Assembly: GCA_004292675.1 (NCBI GenBank)
Contig: RDXO01000014.1
Coordinates: 34,313-98,312 of the forward strand
Length of the DNA stretch: 64,000 nucleotides
Source: Alphaproteobacteria bacterium
GTDB taxonomy: Bacteria > Pseudomonadota > Alphaproteobacteria > Rickettsiales > UBA998
Direction: 5' to 3'
This document shows, one piece after another, positions 27,326 to 36,680 of the stretch; within the stretch, counting starts at the first letter, position 1; every line of letters begins with the position of its first letter. The notes beneath the pieces are model-generated. The model searched no databases. It was not told the origin of the DNA and worked only from the letters and a program-made list of their open reading frames with translations. The translations under genes and the position numbers were made by a program.

Positions 27326-30033
27326 GCGGCACTCTGACGCGCTTGCATCGATGCAAGCGTTTTCTGCACAATTTCACGTACATTCGGGGAAAATGCATAG
27401 TGTTCAATATGCTGTAGGCTGCTCAACATCAATGCACGGCGCGTTGGCTCAAAGCGTGGTGCAGTCGCAAGACGTTTGCTCAAACCTGCTGCTACCATAG
27501 GGTTAAATTGCTCAATGCTTAAAATATGCTCGGCAAGGAAGCGATAGCCTGAACCGTCCGTGTGATGCATCCAGCGCATATTGCCCGCAAATGATCCAAT
27601 AAGAGCGCGGATATTATTCGGATTTTTGCCATCATAGGCAGGATGCTCAAGCAAACGGCGTACATCGTCCAACACATCGCTGCGATCAGCGGAGGCTTGA
27701 TCGGCGAACCATTGCGTCATCGCTAGATTATTATTCGCGTAGCGTGTTGCATAGGCATCCAGCACCTCAGCACGCTGCGCGCTGTCACCTGCATCAAGCG
27801 TCAAACGCAATCCTACGCGCACATCCGTCATATTATGAAATGCACGGCATTGACTGATCGCATAAGGAAGATACGTCTTTGTATCTGCACTCACAAGGTA
27901 GGATAGAGCGAGATTTTTCAAAGCACGTTCTCCCGCATCCTGCACATTCCAAAGATAAGGGCGTGCCTCAGTGCTGCGGTTGCGCATATAAAGCGCGTGC
28001 CACTTGTCGCATAATGTTTGTGCAATAATGCGCTTGAGGCTGGCGCGTCCGTGGTGGATATGTTCGGGATTGACCGTGCCTTCATCTTGCAATTCAGCAA
28101 TATAGCCCATATCAGGCAAGGTGAGGCTACGTGCCATCAGGGCAGGGGAGAGGCTATCATCGGCGAGTACGTCCTCTATGCTTGCGATAAGAATATCCTG
28201 CACATGTTCACTAAGCGATCCATCGCGCATTATCTGCGTGATAGCATGAAGCATGAGTTGTTGCCCTGCTTCATAACGATTAAACCCGTCCGTATCATGC
28301 TTCATCAGGAAGGCATATTCCGCCACGGTGCGATCATAACATATCAGCACGGGAGCAGACCAAGCGCGTAAGATAGACAAGGTTGGGCGTTCTGGAACAT
28401 CGGAAAAGACGAACGATTCTTCAAGGGCGCGTACATGCAGCACATCCTCATTGGTGATGCAGGGTGTCTCACAATGTAGAGGGATAGTTGTTCCATCTGC
28501 ACTCAGCAATCCTAGGCGTACAGGAATATGAAAGGGCTGGTGCTTTGGCTGATTCCACAAAGTGGGCAATAGTTGGCGAATATGGAGGGTGTAACGCTTG
28601 GAGCTAGCATCATAGCTATCATGCACGTCAAGCGTTGGTGTACCTGCTTGATTGTACCATGTTGCTTCAAATTGTGAGAGATCAATCGGCTGTGCAGAAT
28701 TATTGCTCGCATCCTGCATGGCGCGTACAAAATCTTCCGTAGTCGCTGCTTGCCCATCATGACGATCAAAATAGAGATCGCACCCAGCTCGGAAGGTGGC
28801 TTCACCAAGCATGGTATGCATCATGCGGATGACTTCTGAACCTTTTTCATAGACGGTGGCGGTGTAGAAATTCTCTATTGCTCCCACTGATTGCGGACGG
28901 ATTGGGTGCGCCATGCTGCTTGCATCCTCCGCAAACTGCACGGTACGCATATCCTGCACATCATCGATACGTTTCACAGCGCGATCATTCATATCGGCAG
29001 TGAACTCCGCATCACGGAATACCGTAAAGCCTTCTTTTAAGGAAAGCTGAAACCAATCACGGCAGGTGACGCGGTTGCCCGACCAATTATGGAAATATTC
29101 ATGCGCCACGACTGCTTGGATAAATTCATAGCGTGTATCCGTTGCGGTATCAGGATCAGCAAGAATCGCTTGGGCGTTGAAGATGTTTAAGCCTTTATTT
29201 TCCATTGCACCAAAGTTGAAATCATGAACAGCAACGATTTGGAATAAATCAAGATCATATTCACGCCCAAAGCGTTCCTCATCCCACTTCATCGATGCTT
29301 TGAGGGATTCCATCGCATGAACAGCGCGTGGCGTGTCTCCTGCATCGGTATAGATGACTAAATCAACCGTGCGCCCTGATCGGGTGGTGAATGTGTCACG
29401 TAGCGCATCAAGATTTCCCGCCACAAGCGCAAACAAATAGCACGGCTTGGGATACGGATCATGCCATGTGATTTCGTCTCTACCATCGGCGCGTAAGGTG
29501 CGCTCTGATGGATTGCCATTCGAGAGCAACTGCGCATATGCACCATGTGGCGCGATGATGGTTGTGGTGAAGATGCTTAAACAATCAGGGCGATCATGAT
29601 AAAAAGTGATATTACGAAAGCCATGCGCTTCGCATTGTGTGGTAAATTTGCCCCCAGACGTATACAGACCATTGAGCGATCTATTGGCTTGTGGATTGAT
29701 TTTTGTGGTAAAACCGAGCGTAAAAGGGCGATGGGGCAATGCGGATAAAGTGAGTGTTTCACCAACGCGTTGTGCATGTTCACGCGGGTAGGGGGCATCA
29801 TCAAGGCGTATTGCCAACAACTCCATGGTGGGTACATCCGAACCGTTTGGGGCAATTTCGGGCGCGCCCGAAAGCTGCAAAGGTTGCGCTGCACCATCAC
29901 CATGAGGGCGCATATGCAAGAGAGATGTCACAATCACTTCATCTTCTGCGAGCAACTCAAAAGTGAGTTCCGTTCGATCAATCACATGAGTGAGTGGTTG
30001 ATAATCACGCAAATAAAGCTCTTTTGCAGACAT
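27322..30033 (-). CDS. pepN: Aminopeptidase N
   Basis: I trimmed the start to ATG 30033 (MSAKELYLRDYQP). It has GAMENKGLNIF and HEYFHNW..LKEGFT (HExxH+E zinc site). The upstream extension in the ORF track overlaps the esterase gene. Confidence 0.95.
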   Translation of the reverse strand: MSAKELYLRDYQPLTHVIDRTELTFELLAEDEVIVTSLLHMRPHGDGAAQPLQLSGAPEIAPNGSDVPTMELLAIRLDDAPYPREHAQRVGETLTLSALPHRPFTLGFTTKINPQANRSLNGLYTSGGKFTTQCEAHGFRNITFYHDRPDCLSIFTTTIIAPHGAYAQLLSNGNPSERTLRADGRDEITWHDPYPKPCYLFALVAGNLDALRDTFTTRSGRTVDLVIYTDAGDTPRAVHAMESLKASMKWDEERFGREYDLDLFQIVAVHDFNFGAMENKGLNIFNAQAILADPDTATDTRYEFIQAVVAHEYFHNWSGNRVTCRDWFQLSLKEGFTVFRDAEFTADMNDRAVKRIDDVQDMRTVQFAEDASSMAHPIRPQSVGAIENFYTATVYEKGSEVIRMMHTMLGEATFRAGCDLYFDRHDGQAATTEDFVRAMQDASNNSAQPIDLSQFEATWYNQAGTPTLDVHDSYDASSKRYTLHIRQLLPTLWNQPKHQPFHIPVRLGLLSADGTTIPLHCETPCITNEDVLHVRALEESFVFSDVPERPTLSILRAWSAPVLICYDRTVAEYAFLMKHDTDGFNRYEAGQQLMLHAITQIMRDGSLSEHVQDILIASIEDVLADDSLSPALMARSLTLPDMGYIAELQDEGTVNPEHIHHGRASLKRIIAQTLCDKWHALYMRNRSTEARPYLWNVQDAGERALKNLALSYLVSADTKTYLPYAISQCRAFHNMTDVRVGLRLTLDAGDSAQRAEVLDAYATRYANNNLAMTQWFADQASADRSDVLDDVRRLLEHPAYDGKNPNNIRALIGSFAGNMRWMHHTDGSGYRFLAEHILSIEQFNPMVAAGLSKRLATAPRFEPTRRALMLSSLQHIEHYAFSPNVREIVQKTLASMQARQSAA

Positions 30034-30070
30034 AGGAATCCTTTTCTTTAAGATACAAATTCTTTTCCGC

Positions 30071-30742
30071 TCACGCGCCTTGCAACAACAATACTTTTTG
30101 CAAAAACATACATGCTGCATCAATACCTTGTGCATTAATAGTATGCCCCATGCCCCGTTGCGGATGGGCTTCCACATCAATATCCGCTTTAAGCAAGGTA
30201 GCTTCGGCATCCACCATAGCAGCAAATGGCACAACATCATCTTGTTCACCATGCACCAAACATACAGGAGGGTGCGCGGTAATTTCTTTCACAAACTCTG
30301 CACTTGAAATAATCGCGCCAGAATAGCCAATAATCCCCGCGCACGGTTGCGCACGTGTGAGAAGCGTATGCAGTGCCATCATTGTTCCCTGAGAGAATCC
30401 AATAATAATGAGATCATTCATGGTTAAACGAAAGCGATCCAATGCGCCGTCAATATAGTTATTTAACAAAGGCTTGCACGCATTAATGCCTGTGATCATA
30501 TGCGCCATATCCCGATCTTGTAAACTAAACCATTGCCGCCCCATCGGTGCCATATCGCAATAAAACGGTGCGTGTGGCGAAAGAAAATGCGCATCGGGCA
30601 GTATTTCGGAAAATTCTTCTGCAAGCCCAATCAGATCCGTGCCATCTGCACCCACGCCATGCAAAAAAATTACTAATTGTTTTGGTGCGCCACCTGAGAG
30701 CGGTGCAACTTCAGGGCCATCCATCGATAAAATTTCATACAT
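30071..30742 (-). CDS. Alpha/beta hydrolase, phospholipase/carboxylesterase family
   Basis: Start at ATG 30742 (MYEILS). It has LVIFLHGVGADG and the GFSQGTMMA nucleophile elbow. Confidence 0.85.
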   Translation of the reverse strand: MYEILSMDGPEVAPLSGGAPKQLVIFLHGVGADGTDLIGLAEEFSEILPDAHFLSPHAPFYCDMAPMGRQWFSLQDRDMAHMITGINACKPLLNNYIDGALDRFRLTMNDLIIIGFSQGTMMALHTLLTRAQPCAGIIGYSGAIISSAEFVKEITAHPPVCLVHGEQDDVVPFAAMVDAEATLLKADIDVEAHPQRGMGHTINAQGIDAACMFLQKVLLLQGA

Positions 30743-30936
30743 AGCAATGCTTCCTTCAATAAAAAAATGCCATAATATACCCATTTCGCTTGAAGGAGTT
30801 GAGTCCTTGCAGCGAAATTAAGGGTAGTTCTTACTCAAAATACTCATCGTTTCTACATGTTGATATTAAGCATCTTCATGTGCGATGAGTACACCATACG
30901 CAACGTGTGGTTTGATTGCAATTCTGTTTTATGCTA

Positions 30937-31440
30937 TCATGACTTATTCATTGCGGAATTAGTAATCGCGGGATTATTTGTAAGCATTGCAGCATCACGT
31001 TGTGCCGTTGCTGCATCGATCTGTGGTGATGGGATAGGTTGCGGAAGTTGCTCCTTCTCATGTTCTTTTATGGCACTATGCACCAAATAACCTGCCGTTA
31101 CTCCCGCAAGAATACCACCTGCGATAATCCCATAATGCAAAGGGCAATTAGGCAAAATCCTTCTTTGAACCGAAGTGATGAAATTTTCATATGTTTCTAG
31201 CCATGCACTACCATTATTTATTTGCTTGGCATCTTCCGTAGCCGTACACAAAAGTTTCTTATCATACTGATGCATAATCGCTTTGAAACCAAACCATGAA
31301 GTTGTTCCCCCCATGATCCCATTTAGTGCCGTTTGAGCAAACATCCCCCATTGATCCGAAGGCTCATCAGCATGGTTGTTGGCTTTTTGCCTTTGATCAT
31401 AACTATGCGTAATGTAGGAATCGTCACTATTTTTTGTCAT
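30937..31440 (-). CDS. Hypothetical single-pass membrane protein
   Basis: 167 aa with one clear TM (HYGIIAGGILAGVTAGYLV). I recognise no family. Confidence 0.45.
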   Translation of the reverse strand: MTKNSDDSYITHSYDQRQKANNHADEPSDQWGMFAQTALNGIMGGTTSWFGFKAIMHQYDKKLLCTATEDAKQINNGSAWLETYENFITSVQRRILPNCPLHYGIIAGGILAGVTAGYLVHSAIKEHEKEQLPQPIPSPQIDAATAQRDAAMLTNNPAITNSAMNKS

Positions 31441-31725
31441 GAATAAACCATTATCTAATAGCTATGGATTGTTTATATTTTTATTACACCATAAAAAAAT
31501 ACTCATGTCACGCATTTTTTCTTGACAATGCAAAAAAAAATGAGCTAAAAATACGGCTTCCCTTACTGCACCTTCAAACTTTTTTGAAAAAATGTTTTGG
31601 TGCTTTCTACGTACTCTCTGTAATTAAAGAGAGTGCCTTTCTTTCCTAAGGTTGTGTGTCGTGAAAAACCACAACTGGTAAGGGCTACAGTACATTACGT
31701 TCTGAATAATAAGGAGTCTAAGCTC

Positions 31726-32400
31726 ATGTTAAGCTCAATCGCTCAAGCAATCAAAACAGTTCGCGGTATTCTTGATCCCAAAGAACTGCTTGATATATTG
31801 GCAGATAAGTCAGATGAAATCTTGGAAATCGTCAAACGCATTGAAGCTACTGTTGGACGCATTGAAACCATGCAAAATGCTATGGTCTATGGTCACATTG
31901 GAGCAGCAAAGACGGAATTGCAAGATAGCTTTTCGGATGAACTTTCTGTGCAAGAAAAACTTGAACACATTGCTCATGCACGTCGTGAGTTGCAATATGC
32001 TTTTCATGTGTTGGAGAAAATTCCTGAGGCACGCGCAAATGTGATTGAAATTGCTTTTTTGATTGCGTACTGCCGTATGCTCGAAGGAAAGCCCAACCTC
32101 GCACAAGAATGGATTAACAAAGCGATTCCGTTTTATCGCGGAATGCAGCAAGATGTTGAAAAACACTTGAACCATCTTACCTCTGAGCGTAAGGCGTGTC
32201 GTGTTGGCGGTGGATTTGCGTTTGTTGTTGGTGCGTTGTTGTTTATTCCAACAGGAGGTGCAAGCTCTGTATTTATGCTATCTGGTGGTGCTTTGCTGGT
32301 CTTGTCGAAAGATGAGGAAATTAAGCGTCATTACGATGTTGTAGTAGAGTTTGACCAAGATGTGCAAGAACTCAAACTTCTTGCACAGTCGCTCAACTAG
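31726..32400 (+). CDS. Hypothetical protein, helical N-domain plus a C-terminal glycine-rich hydrophobic hairpin
   Basis: ATG 31726 is preceded by AAGGAG at 31711-31716. The C-terminal part is VGGGFAFVVGALLFIPTGGASSVFMLSGGALLVL. A strong terminator lies at 32451-32485. Confidence 0.55.
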   Translation: MLSSIAQAIKTVRGILDPKELLDILADKSDEILEIVKRIEATVGRIETMQNAMVYGHIGAAKTELQDSFSDELSVQEKLEHIAHARRELQYAFHVLEKIPEARANVIEIAFLIAYCRMLEGKPNLAQEWINKAIPFYRGMQQDVEKHLNHLTSERKACRVGGGFAFVVGALLFIPTGGASSVFMLSGGALLVLSKDEEIKRHYDVVVEFDQDVQELKLLAQSLN

Positions 32401-32450
32401 ACTCAACTAAACACTTTTTCTTTTGCGTTAATTTTCTGAATGAACGCTTG

Positions 32451-32485
32451 GAGGCATACCCCAAAAAGGTATGCCTCTTTTTTTT
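32451..32485 (+). terminator. Intrinsic terminator
   Basis: GAGGCATACC (32451-32460) and GGTATGCCTC (32468-32477) form a perfect 10-bp stem followed by eight T. Confidence 0.8.
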
Positions 32486-32539
32486 ATGCTTAGCAAATGC
32501 AACTTGTAGTTTGATTGCAATTATGTTTTAGTACAACGC

Positions 32540-35305
32540 ATGAACAATAATCAAAAAAATGCTCAACGCAGCAAACTTGTCGTGATTGATGGCTCAGGCT
32601 TCATCTTTCGTGCGTATCATCGCTTGCCACCATTATCGCGCAAAGACGGCACGCCCATTGGTGCGGTCTATGGATGTACAACGATGCTACTCAAACTCCG
32701 TGAAGAATTGCAGGCGACGCATTGCGCCGTGGTGTTTGATGCAGGGGGCAAGAATTTCCGCCATGATCTATATAAAGAATATAAAGCGCACCGCCCGCCT
32801 TTGCCTGAAGATTTAATCCCGCAATTCCCGATTATACGGGATGCTGTCCGTGCGCTTAATCTTGCGGTGGTGGAGCAAGTGGGCTATGAGGCGGATGATA
32901 TTTTAGCAAGTTATGCCCAGCTTGCGAAAGCCCGCGATATGGATATATGCATCGTGACTTCGGATAAGGATATGATGCAATTAATCGCGGAAGGGGTGAT
33001 GATCTATGATCCGATGAAGCAATCCTTGGTGCGTGAGGAGGATGTGATCGCAAAATTTGGTGTGCCTCCTCATCAAGTGATTGAGGTGCAAGCACTCATG
33101 GGGGATGCAACGGATAATATACCGGGGATCAAAGGCATTGGGGTGAAAACCGCTGCAGAGCTGATTTTGCATTACGGCACGCTGGAGAATCTTTTAGCGC
33201 ACACGCATGAAATCCCGCAAGCGAAACGTCGAGCGTTGCTGGAAGATGGCGCACCTATGGCGTTGCTCTCAAAACAATTAGTGACGTTGTGCCGTGAATG
33301 TAGCGATTTGCCCGAAATAGATGAGTTGATAGTACGCCCACTTGATACATCCATGTTTGCTGCATTTTGTGCCGAGCAAGGTTTTACGGCGTTGCTGCAA
33401 CGGATTGGTGGCACTCCCATGGTTGCGCCAACTTCTGTGCCTATAGTGCAAACTCCTGCATCATTATCGTATCAGTCTATTGAGGAACGCCCTGCTTTGG
33501 ATGCGTTGATGGCACGTATTAAACATACGGGTTCTGTCGCGGTGCATTTGGTGATGGAATCAACCAACGCGCTTAAACAGCCTTGGCTTGGTATCGCGCT
33601 TGCACTCAAGGAAGGTGAAGCCTATTACGTGCCTTTTCTGCATGATGCTGCGCCGATCACACGTGATCTTTTTGCGCCTGCACCTGTTGCTTCTGAACCA
33701 AAGGGTATGCGCTTTGCTGAAATATTTCCTATATTATTGGAACTTTTGCAGGATGATGCTATCCTCAAAATAGGGTTTGATGTGACTCAGACACTCACGC
33801 AACTTTTGGTGCATGGATTATGTGGGCGACCATGGCGGGATGCGATGTTGCTTTCCTATTGTTTGCGTGCAGGGGATGCCTCTCACACGCTCGACGCACT
33901 TAGCCTTGAGCATTTAGGGTGTGCATTGCCAAGCGAAAAATCATGGCGTGGTACGGGGAAAAACCTTGTGCCATTACAGGATGTTTCACGTGAAACACTC
34001 ACGGAAGTCATGTGCCAAAAGGTGGATATGATCCTGCGCTTAGCGAATATGTTTCATGCGGGTGTTATCAAAGAACAACGTATCAGTGTGTATGAACTAA
34101 TGGAACGCCCCCTTATTCCGATTATTGCACAGATGCAAGCAACAGGCATTAAGGTGGATAAGAAGAAGCTCGCACAGCTCTCAGAGCTTTATGCGCAACG
34201 TCTTAGTGCATATGAGGCGGAGATTTATCAGCTTGCTGGGCATGAGTTTAATATTGGATCGCCGAAGCAATTAGGCATTATTCTATTTGATGAATTACAG
34301 CTTGCTAAGGGGAAGAAATCCAGCAAAAGTAAGGAATATGTCACCGATGCCGAAACGCTAGAAGAGCTTGCAGCACAAGGGCATCTTTTACCGCAACGCG
34401 TGCTGCAATGGCGACAATGCGCGAAGTTAAAAAGCACCTATACCGATGCATTGCAAAAGCAGATTGATCCTATCACAGGGCGTGTGCATACACGCTACGC
34501 CTTAGCAGCCACCTCCACGGGACGCTTAAGTTCGAGTGATCCCAACCTACAAAACATCCCCATCCGCACGCAAGAAGGGCGCGAGATTCGCACGGCGTTT
34601 ATTGCAGAGACAGGCTACCAACTTCTTTGTGCGGACTATTCACAGATTGAACTACGGTTGCTTGCCCATTGCTCAGGAAGTGAAACATTGATTGAGGCAT
34701 TTCGCAGGGGTAAAGATATTCATACCATCACGGCAATGCAAATGTTTGGTATAGCGGAAGATCAGGTGGATGCCGAGATGCGCCGTAAAGCCAAAACCAT
34801 CAATTTCGGGATTATCTATGGCATTAGTGCGCATGGCTTGGCAACGCGCCTTGGCATTTCCCGCGCTCATGCTGCTGATTATATTACGATGTATTTTGCG
34901 CAATATCCCGGTATTCAACATTATATGGAGCGCACCAAAGAACAAGCGCGCCGTCATGGCTACGTCACAACCTTATGGGGCAGGCATTGTTATACGCCAC
35001 TGATTAATGATAGTAACGGGATGCGGCGTGCTTTTGGGGAACGTGCCGCGATCAATGCGCCGTTGCAAGGCGGTGGTGCGGATATTATCAAAAAAGCGAT
35101 GATTGCGGTGGATGGGTTATTATGTTCCAAGAACGCGCAAAGCCGTTTGCTTTTGCAAGTGCATGATGAATTGGTGATAGAATTGGCAGATGCAGAAACA
35201 TCGCTTATCCCTGAAATTAAGCGGGTGATGGAACAGGTGGTGCAACTCGATGTGCCGTTGGTGGTGGATGTTGGCACAGGATTGCATTGGGGTGATGCGC
35301 ATTAG
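32540..35305 (+). CDS. polA: DNA polymerase I
   Basis: 921 aa. It has a 5'-3' exonuclease N-domain, DYSQIELR (motif A), KAKTINFGIIYG (motif B) and QVHDELV (motif C). Confidence 0.97.
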   Translation: MNNNQKNAQRSKLVVIDGSGFIFRAYHRLPPLSRKDGTPIGAVYGCTTMLLKLREELQATHCAVVFDAGGKNFRHDLYKEYKAHRPPLPEDLIPQFPIIRDAVRALNLAVVEQVGYEADDILASYAQLAKARDMDICIVTSDKDMMQLIAEGVMIYDPMKQSLVREEDVIAKFGVPPHQVIEVQALMGDATDNIPGIKGIGVKTAAELILHYGTLENLLAHTHEIPQAKRRALLEDGAPMALLSKQLVTLCRECSDLPEIDELIVRPLDTSMFAAFCAEQGFTALLQRIGGTPMVAPTSVPIVQTPASLSYQSIEERPALDALMARIKHTGSVAVHLVMESTNALKQPWLGIALALKEGEAYYVPFLHDAAPITRDLFAPAPVASEPKGMRFAEIFPILLELLQDDAILKIGFDVTQTLTQLLVHGLCGRPWRDAMLLSYCLRAGDASHTLDALSLEHLGCALPSEKSWRGTGKNLVPLQDVSRETLTEVMCQKVDMILRLANMFHAGVIKEQRISVYELMERPLIPIIAQMQATGIKVDKKKLAQLSELYAQRLSAYEAEIYQLAGHEFNIGSPKQLGIILFDELQLAKGKKSSKSKEYVTDAETLEELAAQGHLLPQRVLQWRQCAKLKSTYTDALQKQIDPITGRVHTRYALAATSTGRLSSSDPNLQNIPIRTQEGREIRTAFIAETGYQLLCADYSQIELRLLAHCSGSETLIEAFRRGKDIHTITAMQMFGIAEDQVDAEMRRKAKTINFGIIYGISAHGLATRLGISRAHAADYITMYFAQYPGIQHYMERTKEQARRHGYVTTLWGRHCYTPLINDSNGMRRAFGERAAINAPLQGGGADIIKKAMIAVDGLLCSKNAQSRLLLQVHDELVIELADAETSLIPEIKRVMEQVVQLDVPLVVDVGTGLHWGDAH

Positions 35306-35399
35306 GGGGGTGCTTTTAAGAGTTGCTTTTTTATCCTTCCCGTGTTACAATTATGTAGATTATTATCGTACACGTGAATATTTTGCGAAGGCTGTATAT

Positions 35400-35633
35400 A
35401 TGGTATCGAACTACATCATTAAGATCGTTAAAGATGATGAAGCAGGTGTGTACACGGCAACATGCGATGAAGTGCGTGGTTTGGTGGTGGAAGAAGAAAC
35501 GATTGAGGCAGTGATGCAGAGCGTTTCAGATCTATTGCCGTTGTTAGTGGCGGATAATCTTCAACATGATATTGATCAAGGGCGCACACCCTTATTCCAA
35601 CTTGCCAAATTCTCCGAATCCAGAGCGCATTAA
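35400..35633 (+). CDS. HicB-like (DUF1902-type) antitoxin candidate
   Basis: 77 aa from ATG 35400 (MVSNYIIKIVKDDEAGVYTATCDEVRGLVVEEETIEAV). This is the small N-terminal HicB-like fold. It lies just upstream of hicA. Confidence 0.55.
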   Translation: MVSNYIIKIVKDDEAGVYTATCDEVRGLVVEEETIEAVMQSVSDLLPLLVADNLQHDIDQGRTPLFQLAKFSESRAH

Positions 35634-35722
35634 ACATGCATAAAATTTAGCTTGCCGAATGATAGGGTGGCAATGTAGTATGGTCGCATGGTCGTCATAG
35701 TGGATGCAAAGGACTGTACATA

Positions 35723-35920
35723 ATGGGAAAGAATTTTTACCGTGATCTGACGGATATTTTGAAAGAAGAAGCGGGCGCATATTATCACCGTGCGGGCAAT
35801 GGTTCTCATGAAATATGGCGTACCAAAGATGGTCAAAGCATTTGCGTACCTCATAATTGCAAAGGGAAAGGAACAGCAAATACTATCCTCAAACAAGCAG
35901 GATTAAAAAAGCGTTTTTAG
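35723..35920 (+). CDS. hicA: HicA-family mRNA interferase toxin
   Basis: 65 aa. GNGSHEIWRTKDGQSICVPHNCKGKGTANTILKQAGL matches the YcfA/HicA pattern (GSHxxW..P.H...L..GTL..IL+QAG). Confidence 0.8.
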   Translation: MGKNFYRDLTDILKEEAGAYYHRAGNGSHEIWRTKDGQSICVPHNCKGKGTANTILKQAGLKKRF

Positions 35921-35997
35921 GATGAATGATTTCATGCTAGGAACATGATTTTTTTTGTGCTACACTCCCCTGAAATTATAGCTATAAGGAGTCCTAT

Positions 35998-36534
35998 ATG
36001 TCTAAAAAACACGCAAAAACATTATCCATTAAACAGGATGCAGAATTATCACATGAATCTTCTGCCGTGGTGGCACTCTATTCATCGCCTGAACAGAAAA
36101 ATGCGATTGCAGAATCATTGCGCACGGTGCTTGCTTCAACCCATATGGTGGCACTGCAAGCACGATCCTATCATTGGAACGTGGTAGGCGCGCGCTTTAT
36201 TCCGCTGCATGATTTTTTTGGTGAGCAATATGAAGCCTTGCAAGAAGTGGAAGACGAGATTGCAGAACGTGTACGCGCCCTTGGGCAACCATGTTTTGCG
36301 AGCGTGAAAGAATTTGCACGCCTAGCAACCATTCGGGAAGATGAACAACTCCCTAAATCTGCTAATGATATGTTAGAGCGTTATGCGCAGAATCTGGAAC
36401 ATCTGAGTGAGGGCGTGCGTTTATGTTTAGCATTGGCGCAAGAAGCACATGATGAAGTGACGGCAGATATGATGATTGGGCGGTTGCGCGAACAGGAAAA
36501 GGCATTATGGATGGTGCGTTCTATGTTGGCTTAG
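35998..36534 (+). CDS. dps: Dps-family DNA-binding ferritin-like protein
   Basis: 178 aa. It has SYHWNVVGARFIPLHDFFGEQYE and EDEIAERVRALG ferroxidase-site motifs. Confidence 0.9.
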   Translation: MSKKHAKTLSIKQDAELSHESSAVVALYSSPEQKNAIAESLRTVLASTHMVALQARSYHWNVVGARFIPLHDFFGEQYEALQEVEDEIAERVRALGQPCFASVKEFARLATIREDEQLPKSANDMLERYAQNLEHLSEGVRLCLALAQEAHDEVTADMMIGRLREQEKALWMVRSMLA

Positions 36535-36680
36535 GTTGTGTTCGTTTTTCTACTGCTGTTTGCTGCAAATGGTGGTTTGCTGCGCTTCCGCTACTCATGT
36601 ACCTTAAAGTACACTCCGTTGCGGTTCTCGCAAACCTGCCATTTTCGCTAGTACATCAGCGAAAACTCAACACAACCTAG
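36532..36680. mobile_element. Family D MITE-like element, copy D1 (149 bp, terminal inverted repeats)
   Basis: The TIRs are taggttgtgtt and aacacaacctag. By hand alignment it has about 21 mismatches and no indels over about 150 positions against D2. It begins at the dps stop codon, and its right end supplies the last codons and stop of the minus-strand gene 36667-38004. Confidence 0.8.

Noticed and set aside
30034-30252. A 73-codon N-terminal extension of pepN in the ORF track (27322-30252).
   Set aside because: The extension overlaps the 3' end of the esterase gene and reads as nonsense (MVNKMMLCHLLLWW..). Homology to aminopeptidase N begins at MSAKELYLRDYQP (ATG 30033).
36532-36680. The D element as a degenerate tRNA or small RNA gene, because of its internal stems.
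   Set aside because: I could fold no cloverleaf or anticodon-arm geometry. The terminal inverted repeats and the overlap with ORF ends fit a MITE-like element better. An expressed RNA is not excluded.
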